A stretch of 64,000 bases of DNA from an uncultured Bifidobacterium sp. (GTDB lineage Bacteria; Bacteroidota; Bacteroidia; UKL13-3): NCBI GenBank assembly GCA_964442045.1, contig CAYTWI010000006.1, positions 1,971 to 65,970 on the forward strand, written 5' to 3'. Shown piece after piece: positions 57,226 through 64,000 of the stretch. The position numbers were made by a program, and so were the translations under genes. Position 1 is the stretch's first letter; each line of letters opens with the position of its first letter. The notes beneath the pieces were generated by a model that had not been told where the DNA came from, did no database searches, and worked only from the letters and a program-made list of their open reading frames with translations.

Positions 57226-58014
57226 TTAAAGCGTAATACCTATTTTACGTAGTTGACGCTTAATAAAATTTTTTGCGCCTTCCTTAATAGGAGTTAAAGC
57301 TTTTTTTGCTGCACTATCAGTTGGACGCGCTTTAAATACAGTATCGTGGTATTTAGCAGCATCTTCTCTTAAAGTAGTGTAGTAGTATGCGTAAAACGAC
57401 TTACGGGTTACACCTTCTGGCAATTTAATTTTATCGTAACCGTGGTAGCTTATCTCGTTGGTTTCAAATATTACACAACGGTTCATGGCCGGGAATATTT
57501 TTTTATCCAGGTTAGTCATATCTGCATTCCACAATTCAGTATGCCCGCCATACTCTTCCTTCCAGTCCTTGTTAAAAAATATCAATAAATTTACCCTGCG
57601 GTGAATACCCCTGTCAGCATGAATATTAAAGTCAATATGAATATCTAAGAAACTACCGTTACCGCCTTGGTGTAAACCACCACCCAATGCATCTGGTACC
57701 GAAAACAAACCATCAATACCCGTAATTTTACTCATTATTTCGCACCATTCTCTGCTATGCAGTTCTTCGCGCATTTGAGTAAATACTTCGGGGAAATCTT
57801 CAAAGTTGGAGCCTTCAGCCTTAAATTCATTCACACCTTTGTATTTTTTGTTGAACACATCTTCTTTTGGAAAATGGTTATACATAAATGCTGCAGTTTC
57901 AGCATCTAAAAAATTATCAATAACCAAATGGCGGTAAGGTTTTGCGTTATCAAACTCATCGGCCATTTTAGCTATGCTTTCCGGTGTAAATAAACTGCTG
58001 TTGACTAATTTCAT
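57226..58014 (-). CDS. 2OG-Fe(II) oxygenase (prolyl hydroxylase-like)
   Basis: It has an HxD...H triad ('LDIHIDFN' and 'GGHTELW') and the N-terminus 'PYRHLVIDNFLD'. Confidence 0.7.
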   Translation of the reverse strand: MKLVNSSLFTPESIAKMADEFDNAKPYRHLVIDNFLDAETAAFMYNHFPKEDVFNKKYKGVNEFKAEGSNFEDFPEVFTQMREELHSREWCEIMSKITGIDGLFSVPDALGGGLHQGGNGSFLDIHIDFNIHADRGIHRRVNLLIFFNKDWKEEYGGHTELWNADMTNLDKKIFPAMNRCVIFETNEISYHGYDKIKLPEGVTRKSFYAYYYTTLREDAAKYHDTVFKARPTDSAAKKALTPIKEGAKNFIKRQLRKIGITL

Positions 58015-58230
58015 ATAGTAGTATTTTAAAGCAAATGTATGAGTTGTTTAGAATTTTTCTAAATAGAAAATCAATCAGTAAGAATAATTTAACAGAACAC
58101 CGTAGAATAAGGTTAGTCACCCTATCAAAAAGCTGCTCAAAACTGATTATTATGCGTAGTATTTTTGATAATTGTCAACTAAACTCTGACAGTTTTTAGA
58201 TACTTTTACCAACTCATATATTCAAATACA

Positions 58231-59565
58231 ATGGCAGAAAAAGTTACAATTATTGGCGGAGGCCTTTCAGGCTCTTTATTATCCATTTACATGGCTAAGC
58301 GTGGTTTCGAGGTTAATTTATTTGAACGCAGGCCCGATATGAGAAAAAACAAAATCTATGCGGGAAAATCAATCAATTTAGCTTTGTCAACCCGTGGGTT
58401 AAATGCCTTATCAAAAATAGGTTTGGATGCAGATGTATTGAACGATGCCATTCCTATGTTTGGGCGTATGATGCACAGTATAAAAGGAGAAATTACTTAC
58501 CAGCCATATGGTAAAGAAGGTCAGGCTATCAACTCCGTTTCACGCGGCAGGCTCAATACCAAGTTGGTTGAGTTAGCCGATGAGTTTCCCAATATAACTA
58601 TTCATTTCAATGCCAAATGTATTGACGTAAATGTGGCTAAAGGTTACAGTGTTTTTGAATTAGAAGACGGCACTACCAAAGAAGTATACAGCGACAGGAT
58701 AATAGGTACCGATGGTGCTTTTGCCGCTACCAGGGCTAAAATGCAGGTAAGCGACAGGTTTAATTACTCGCAAAGCTATTTGCATGTAGGCTATAAAGAA
58801 TTAATTATACCGGCCGGTCCTGATGGCTCTTTTTTAATGCACAGAGAGGCATTGCATATTTGGCCGAGAGGCTCCTATATGATGATAGCTTTACCGAACC
58901 CCGCAGGCGATTTTACCTGCACTCTGTTCATGCCTTTTGAAGGAGAATATGGCTTTAGCCAGTTTGATACCAAAGAAAAAGTAGTCAATTTCTTTAACAC
59001 CAATTTCCCCGATGCAGTAGCCTTAATGCCAACCCTGGCCGAAGACTTTTTTAATAACCCTACATCGAGTCTGGTAACCGTTAAATGTTTTCCATGGGTA
59101 AAAGAAGATAAGCTGGCTTTAATGGGCGATGCGGCCCATGCCATCGTTCCATTTTACGGACAGGGAATGAACTGCAGTTTTGAAGATGTGGTGGTATTTG
59201 ATGAGTGCGTAGAAAAATATTATCCCAACTGGACAAAAATATTTGATGAATACCAAACCTTACGCAAACCGAATGCAGATGCCATAGCTGATTTAGCGGT
59301 TCAAAACTATTATGAAATGGCTGACAAAGTAGGCGATAAACATTTCCTCCATAAAAAACATATTGAGCATGAGTTAAGTGATTTGTATCCTGATAAATTT
59401 AAATCGCAATACGAGTTAACCACCTTCAGCCTGTCGTCATACAGCTATGCTTTAAGCCAGGGCAAAAAGAACGATATTTTACTGGAGAAAATTATTGCCG
59501 ATGGTGCAGAAGATAAAATAACTGATGCTGCTTATATGGAGCAATTGTGGCCTATTATAGCCTAA
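58231..59565 (+). CDS. kmo: Kynurenine 3-monooxygenase
   Basis: It has the FAD motif 'IIGGGLSGSLLS', plus 'GRMMH', 'LMGDAAHAIVPFYGQGMNCSFED' and 'RKPNADAIADLA'. Confidence 0.85.
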   Translation: MAEKVTIIGGGLSGSLLSIYMAKRGFEVNLFERRPDMRKNKIYAGKSINLALSTRGLNALSKIGLDADVLNDAIPMFGRMMHSIKGEITYQPYGKEGQAINSVSRGRLNTKLVELADEFPNITIHFNAKCIDVNVAKGYSVFELEDGTTKEVYSDRIIGTDGAFAATRAKMQVSDRFNYSQSYLHVGYKELIIPAGPDGSFLMHREALHIWPRGSYMMIALPNPAGDFTCTLFMPFEGEYGFSQFDTKEKVVNFFNTNFPDAVALMPTLAEDFFNNPTSSLVTVKCFPWVKEDKLALMGDAAHAIVPFYGQGMNCSFEDVVVFDECVEKYYPNWTKIFDEYQTLRKPNADAIADLAVQNYYEMADKVGDKHFLHKKHIEHELSDLYPDKFKSQYELTTFSLSSYSYALSQGKKNDILLEKIIADGAEDKITDAAYMEQLWPIIA

Positions 59566-59570
59566 GTTTA

Positions 59571-59601
59571 AAAGTAGTATAAAAGCGACTACTTTGCTTT
59601 T
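59571..59601 (+). terminator. Putative terminator of kmo
   Basis: The sequence is AAAGTAGT-loop-ACTACTTT followed by GCTTTT. Confidence 0.5.
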
Positions 59602-59672
59602 ACTATGTGAATAGCAACAATGCGGAAACCATACCTGCTTTTATATTTGTATAGCACAAAGCATATACAAGT

Positions 59673-60113
59673 ATGAAAGTAATTCTTTTTATTCTATCCA
59701 TTTTATGTATGGCAACAGGCAAGCTGTTTGCACAAGCCCATACAGCCGAAAAACTAAGCATCAGCCAGATTTTAATTAAGCAGCAAACTGAGTGGAACAA
59801 AGGCCATATAGAAGGTTTTATGGCTTCGTACTGGAAAAGCGACAGTCTGGAGTTTGTAGGCAAAAAAGGATTGACCAATGGCTGGAAAAACACATTGAAC
59901 ATGTACAAAAAATCGTACCCCAATACTACAGCTATGGGTATGCTTAATTTCGATATTATTAAAATTGATGTGTTGACAGATAATGCCGCTTATGTAGTAG
60001 GCCGATGGCAATTAACACGCGATAAAGAAAAAGGAAACCTGAGCGGGTATTTTACTCTGCTGTTCAAAAAAATAAATGGCGAGTGGGTTATCGTATCCGA
60101 CCACTCATCGTAA
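59673..60113 (+). CDS. Secreted DUF4440 / SnoaL-like protein
   Basis: It has a signal peptide. 'EWNKGHIEGFMASYW', 'AAYVVGRWQL' and 'GEWVIVSDHSS' fit the DUF4440 pattern. Confidence 0.65.
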   Translation: MKVILFILSILCMATGKLFAQAHTAEKLSISQILIKQQTEWNKGHIEGFMASYWKSDSLEFVGKKGLTNGWKNTLNMYKKSYPNTTAMGMLNFDIIKIDVLTDNAAYVVGRWQLTRDKEKGNLSGYFTLLFKKINGEWVIVSDHSS

Positions 60114-60125
60114 GGCATAAAAAAA

Positions 60126-60238
60126 GGCAGACTTACTGCATCGCACCGCTACAACTTTACGCCCTTGCTTCGATCAAGACCTGGGGGATTAAAAGGAGCT
60201 GGTCGTACAGAGCCTGCCGGGCGCAAAAGTAAGTTTTT
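60126..60238 (-). ncRNA. ffs: Candidate signal recognition particle RNA (4.5S/small SRP RNA)
   Basis: The minus-strand transcript reads ..ACUUACUUUUGCGCCCGGCAGGCUCUGUACGACC..CCCCCAGGUCUUGAUCGAAGCAAGGGCGUAAAGUUGUAGCGGUGCGAUGCAGUAAGUCUGCCUUUUU. It has a 5' GCUCUGU, a helix-8-like CAGGUC...GAAGCA and a 3' UGUAGC, as in E. coli 4.5S. The termini pair (ACUUAC/GUAAGU and UUGCGCC/GGUGCGA) and a U-run follows. There is no CDS on this strand. Confidence 0.55.
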
Positions 60239-60362
60239 CTTCACAACTAGCAAATCTTTATTTTAAATAACATTAGGTTCCTGTTTTTGCCATTGATTGT
60301 AAGCCATAAACGATTCGTTCAAAATATAAGATACATAAATTTTGATATTCGTTTTTGAATGA

Positions 60363-60370
60363 TAGTTTTG
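60363..60370 (+). promoter_or_regulatory. Bacteroidota-type -7 box (TAnnTTTG) upstream of the carboxyltransferase gene
   Basis: TAGTTTTG lies 86 nt upstream of the ATG at 60457. Confidence 0.3.
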
Positions 60371-60456
60371 CGAAAAAGATATAGAGGCATTAAGCCCGTT
60401 ACAATTATTATAAACCCAATAAGCTTTTAACTAATAGTTATTAGCTACAATAAAAC

Positions 60457-62076
60457 ATGCAAAATTTAATAGTAGAATTAAACGAACGCTTAGAAAAAAT
60501 TTACGAAGGTGGTGGAAAAAAAGCGGCTGCCAAACAAAAGGAAAAAGGTAAAATGCTTGCCCGCGAGCGGGTTGATTATTTGTTTGATAAAGACAAACCA
60601 CGTATTGAAATAGGAGCATTGGCGGGTTACGAAATGTATGAAGAGCATGGCGGTTGCCCTGGAGCAGGAGTAGTGGTAGAAATGGGTTACGTTAGCGGAA
60701 GGCAATGTATTGTAGTAGCTAACGATGCTACTGTTAAAGCAGGCGCATGGTTTCCCATAACAGGTAAAAAGAACTTACGTGCGCAGGAAATTTCAATAGA
60801 AAACAAATTACCCATTATTTATTTAGTAGATAGTGCAGGGGTTTACCTACCCATGCAGGATGAAATATTTCCCGATAAAGAACACTTTGGCCGCATTTTC
60901 AGGAATAATGCCGTTATGAGCAGCATGGGTATAACCCAGATTGCAGCCGTAATGGGCAGTTGCGTGGCAGGTGGTGCCTATTTACCTATTATGAGCGATG
61001 AAGCCATGATAGTGGATAAAACAGGCTCTATATTTTTAGCAGGAAGCTACCTGGTAAAAGCAGCCATTGGCGAAGATATAGATAATGAAACCCTGGGAGG
61101 TGCAAGCACTCATTGCGAAATTAGTGGCGTTACCGATTATAAATTTGAAAACGATGCTGCTTGTTTAGACAGGATAAAACGTATTATGGATAAAATTGGC
61201 GATTTTGACAAAGCGGGTTTTAACCGTGCCGAGTCAGTAGAGCCGGCCAAATCAATGGATGATGTATACGAAGCCGTAGCCAATTTTACCAAACCGTTTG
61301 ATGTAATGGAAATTATAGAACGTTTGGTGGATGCAGGCAGCTTTGATCCGTATAAAGAACTATATGGAAAAACCATTACCTGCGGGTATGCCCGTGTGGA
61401 TGGTTGGGCTGTGGGTATAGTAGCCAATAACCGCCAGGTGGTAAAAGCCAAAAAGCCCAAACAAAGCGCAGCCGATAACCCGGTGGAGATGCAGATAGGA
61501 GGCGTTATTTACAGCGATAGTGCCGACAAAGCAGCCCATTTTATAATGAACTGTAACCAAAAGAAAATACCATTGGTATTTTTACAGGATGTAACAGGTT
61601 TTATGGTGGGTAGCCGCAGTGAGCATGGAGGCATTATAAAAGATGGAGCCAAATTGGTAAATGCACAAGCCAACTCAGTAGTGCCTAAGTTTACCATTAT
61701 AACAGGCAATAGTTATGGGGCCGGTAATTACGCTATGTGTGGCAAAGCTTACGACCCGCGTTTAATAGCAGCCTGGCCCAATGCTAACATTGCTGTAATG
61801 GGTGGTGCACAGGCAGCCAAAGTTTTATTGCAGATAGAAGAAGCCAGCTTAAAAGCCAAAGGCCAGCTTATTACCGAGGAGAACAAAGCAGAATTGTTAA
61901 AAACAATAACCGACCGATATACCAAACAAACATCGCCATACTATGCAGCAGCACGCTTATGGGTTGATGCCATTATTAATCCGAAAGAAACACGCAAATG
62001 GATCAGTATGGGTATAGAAGCAGCCAACCATGCTAAAATAGAAAAAGAATTCAGACCGGGTGTTATCAGAGCCTAG
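60457..62076 (+). CDS. Acyl-CoA carboxylase carboxyltransferase (beta) subunit, methylcrotonoyl-/propionyl-CoA type
   Basis: This 539-aa protein contains 'LARERVDYLFD', 'ANDATVKAGAWFP', 'GSCVAGGAYLP', 'FLQDVTGFMVG' and 'SYGAGNYAM'. Confidence 0.9.
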   Translation: MQNLIVELNERLEKIYEGGGKKAAAKQKEKGKMLARERVDYLFDKDKPRIEIGALAGYEMYEEHGGCPGAGVVVEMGYVSGRQCIVVANDATVKAGAWFPITGKKNLRAQEISIENKLPIIYLVDSAGVYLPMQDEIFPDKEHFGRIFRNNAVMSSMGITQIAAVMGSCVAGGAYLPIMSDEAMIVDKTGSIFLAGSYLVKAAIGEDIDNETLGGASTHCEISGVTDYKFENDAACLDRIKRIMDKIGDFDKAGFNRAESVEPAKSMDDVYEAVANFTKPFDVMEIIERLVDAGSFDPYKELYGKTITCGYARVDGWAVGIVANNRQVVKAKKPKQSAADNPVEMQIGGVIYSDSADKAAHFIMNCNQKKIPLVFLQDVTGFMVGSRSEHGGIIKDGAKLVNAQANSVVPKFTIITGNSYGAGNYAMCGKAYDPRLIAAWPNANIAVMGGAQAAKVLLQIEEASLKAKGQLITEENKAELLKTITDRYTKQTSPYYAAARLWVDAIINPKETRKWISMGIEAANHAKIEKEFRPGVIRA

Positions 62077-62097
62077 GTTTAAGAGATAAGTTAAATT

Positions 62098-62127
62098 AAA
62101 AAGCTCATGTAAAACGTGGGCTTTTTT
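62098..62127 (+). terminator. Putative terminator
   Basis: The sequence is AAAGCTCA-loop-TGGGCTTT followed by TTTTG. Confidence 0.55.
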
Positions 62128-62454
62128 GTTTAAGAGTAAGGCTAGTGAAAGCCTGTGGCGTGTACCCATTAACCCCAAGAGTTTATAGTAATAATGCAAA
62201 CAATCTTAACTGTCCTTAGTCTGAAGCCAAGTTATAGTCTGAAGACTACGGACATAAAATGAAAAGAACAGGCTATGAAAACACAAGTAAGAAAGAGATT
62301 ATTTATTTAGCTGGGTATATTAATGGTAGCAGGTATAATAACCTTTCTGTATCTTGATGCTTACATGGGCGATTTGTTTAATTTACATAATCCGTAGATA
62401 TTTATTTGAACCCCTTCACATTTTATAAGTGAGTATATATAAATAAAACAAACA

Positions 62455-62790
62455 ATGAAAAAAGCACTTGCCATTATACTATGGGTTAAATTAATTTTTG
62501 TTGCTGCCATTATTTTAATTTATTCCTTTAACTCTTTTCGGTTCAGTGAACCTTTAAAACAGTTATTATTGTTGAATATATTAATTAAATTTCTTCCCTT
62601 TTTTATACTTGGGTTATTAGAAGTTGTTTATCGTAAAAAAGCAAAGACGCTGTTAATTTTTATTATGCTGAATGCTATCCCCTTATTTCTAATCCAATTA
62701 AGGTTAAAGTATATAAATTTTCCTGTTATATTTTTCAATATAATTATACTTGTTATGCTAACAGTAATTATACGAAAAGATAATCAATAA
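62455..62790 (+). CDS. Small hydrophobic membrane protein (111 aa, 3-4 TM)
   Basis: It is AT-rich with hydrophobic segments throughout. I recognise no motif. Confidence 0.45.
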   Translation: MKKALAIILWVKLIFVAAIILIYSFNSFRFSEPLKQLLLLNILIKFLPFFILGLLEVVYRKKAKTLLIFIMLNAIPLFLIQLRLKYINFPVIFFNIIILVMLTVIIRKDNQ

Positions 62791-62899
62791 AACACAGGCT
62801 AGCGTGAGCGGCAGCCAGTGCGGTTTTGCAAACCGCACTTAGCTACTGTAAGCATTTGCAATGTGCAAAAAACTTCCCCTATTTGTTCCACCCTTCGCC

Positions 62900-62924
62900 C
62901 TTGTTGGTGTTCTTTACCAACAAG
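62900..62924. repeat. Hairpin CTTGTTGGT-GTTCTTT-ACCAACAAG
   Basis: It has a 9-bp stem. It is 23/25 identical to the reverse complement of the hairpin at 63080-63104. Confidence 0.6.
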
Positions 62925-62967
62925 TCTTACCTATCCGCTCGTGCTACAATAATAAAAAGATTGTCCC

Positions 62968-63104
62968 CGGTTGGTATCCTTACCAATCCGACTAAATAAA
63001 GAGGTGTTTTCGTAAGCTATTTTATGTTTATTTGAAAGTGGTGCTGTAGCTTCGTGAGAAAGAAATTAAGTATAAATAAGTTGTTGGTGAAGAACACCAA
63101 CAAG
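62968..63104 (+). repeat. 137-bp intergenic repeat, copy 1
   Basis: It starts with the hairpin GGTTGGTA-TCCT-TACCAATCC and ends with the hairpin TTGTTGGTG-AAGAA-CACCAACAA. By manual alignment it is 127/137 identical to 63780-63916. Confidence 0.7.
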
Positions 63105-63174
63105 TTTTACGCACTCGCTCGCGTTTCACGAGTGAGCATATAGGGCAGCTTCTGGAGAAATTAAGTATAAATGA

Positions 63175-63720
63175 ATGTTAAAGAATATGTGGGTCGTTAA
63201 ATTGCTTTTTAAAAGCTATATATTTACAATGATTGTGTTATTTATTAGTTGTAACAACAACCCTTTGCAATCAAGTGAACCGTTAGTTGTTAAATCAATA
63301 AAGATAAAATTTGTTGATGACATTTATTTTATCAATGATACGCTTGTTTTTACTGGTGATACTATATTGAAACCATTTACCAATAAGATTTTTAAATCAT
63401 GTTCAAAAACCCTTAGTGAAATGGATAGTATAAATAGTAAGTTGAGCAATGATTCAAACTATCAAAACCACAGAGGTTTTTTAATTATAACTACTTATTC
63501 AAACGGATTTGTAAAAACTAAAGGAGTGCACACTAAAGACGCGGTTAATTATTTTAGAACCATTTATTATATCCTTGAAAAGAATGAAAAGAACAATAAA
63601 TTAAACCATAAGGAAAACCTGTTCATTGTATTAAATATGTATTTGCCAAGATATAAATTTCCCAAAGATACTTCTATAATACCTTTTGGTCTTGATACTT
63701 TTCTAAAACAAAATCGCTAA
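63175..63720 (+). CDS. Hypothetical lipoprotein (181 aa)
   Basis: It has a lipobox (VLFISC) and is AT-rich. I recognise no motif. It is bracketed by the two 137-bp repeat copies. Confidence 0.5.
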   Translation: MLKNMWVVKLLFKSYIFTMIVLFISCNNNPLQSSEPLVVKSIKIKFVDDIYFINDTLVFTGDTILKPFTNKIFKSCSKTLSEMDSINSKLSNDSNYQNHRGFLIITTYSNGFVKTKGVHTKDAVNYFRTIYYILEKNEKNNKLNHKENLFIVLNMYLPRYKFPKDTSIIPFGLDTFLKQNR

Positions 63721-63779
63721 ATACTCTACGATATCGTGCTATTAAGTATCTGATTTATTAAGTGTTTGTCTTTTGTCTT

Positions 63780-63916
63780 CGGTTGGTGTCCTCACCAATC
63801 CGACTAAGTAAAGAGGTATTTTCGCAAGCTATTTTATGTTTATTTAAAAATGTTGCTGTAGTTTCGTGAGAAAGAAATTAAGTATAAATGAGTTGTTGGT
63901 GAAGAACACCAACAAG
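63780..63916 (+). repeat. 137-bp intergenic repeat, copy 2
   Basis: See copy 1. The hairpins are GGTTGGTG-TCCT-CACCAATCC and TTGTTGGTG-AAGAA-CACCAACAA. Confidence 0.7.
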
Positions 63917-63955
63917 GGCTAAAAGAATCCTGTAAGTTTAATTAACTTAGACAAT

Positions 63956-64000
63956 ATGAAGAAAACACTATTAATTTTATTTATCCCATTTTTCTTTTGT
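63956..64000 (+). CDS. Start of a hypothetical secreted or lipoprotein gene (truncated by the window end)
   Basis: The ATG at 63956 is followed by MKKTLLILFIPFFFC, which looks like a signal peptide, 39 nt after repeat copy 2. Confidence 0.35.
   Translation, partial: MKKTLLILFIPFFFC

Noticed and set aside
59603-59923. A 106-aa minus-strand ORF overlaps the DUF4440-like gene.
   Set aside because: The plus-strand ORF has a signal peptide and family-typical motifs. The antisense ORF overlaps the kmo terminator region.
63052-63141. Short GTG-initiated ORFs lie inside the 137-bp repeats: VRKKLSINKLLVKNTNKFYALARVSRVSI in copy 1 and VRKKLSINELLVKNTNKG in copy 2.
   Set aside because: The reading frames end at different points in the two copies (29 versus 18 codons), and the shared part coincides with the hairpin. 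Conservation is at the nucleotide and structure level, not the protein level.
62900-63916. The repeated hairpin units might have been a CRISPR array.
   Set aside because: There are only two long (137-bp) copies, 812 bp apart, with a protein-coding gene between them. The hairpins are of two different types with irregular spacing, and no cas genes are present.
1-64000. I looked for tRNA or rRNA genes, transposases, integrases, phage modules, toxin-antitoxin pairs and known defence-system signatures.
   Set aside because: No T-arm-like GGTTCGAATCC context or rRNA-like segments were seen. No ORF shows DDE, tyrosine recombinase, serine recombinase or typical defence ATPase or nuclease motifs. The absence is based on visual inspection only and should be confirmed with tRNAscan-SE, ISEScan, DefenseFinder and PADLOC.

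Overview
This 64-kb window looks like a chromosomal segment of a Bacteroidota genome. Supporting signs are T9SS type-A and type-B C-terminal sorting domains, many lipobox proteins, a split transketolase, a fused E1 alpha/beta dehydrogenase, kynurenine 3-monooxygenase, TAnnTTTG-type -7 boxes, and REP units whose translation gives '..CFVPSND..'-type peptides. I support about 60 protein-coding genes. Most are housekeeping or metabolic: clpX, pheS, mnmG, ybeY, rsmA, tsaB, arfB, gltA, pepA, NDH-2, an M16 peptidase pair, threonine aldolase, IMPase, acyl-CoA carboxyltransferase and kmo. There is also a stress-type small-protein neighbourhood at 1-8.1 kb, a FIST plus hybrid histidine kinase pair, and an ABC exporter. 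I see no rRNA, tRNA, CRISPR array, transposase, integrase or phage genes. One candidate ncRNA, an SRP/4.5S RNA, lies at about 60.13-60.24 kb on the minus strand. The features most worth a second look are: (1) an orphan 1301-aa two-part protein (8404..12309, minus strand) with no recognisable export signal or catalytic motif; (2) a family of GGTTGGTG/CACCAACC hairpin repeats, including two 137-bp direct repeats (about 93% identical) that bracket small AT-rich orphan genes at 62.4-64 kb in a cassette-like layout; (3) a triplicated palindrome-containing unit in an ORF-free spacer at 16.6-16.8 kb; (4) transketolase subunit genes separated by a VWA protein and lipoprotein insertion. All functional calls rest on reading the translated ORFs for motifs. 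No database search was possible.
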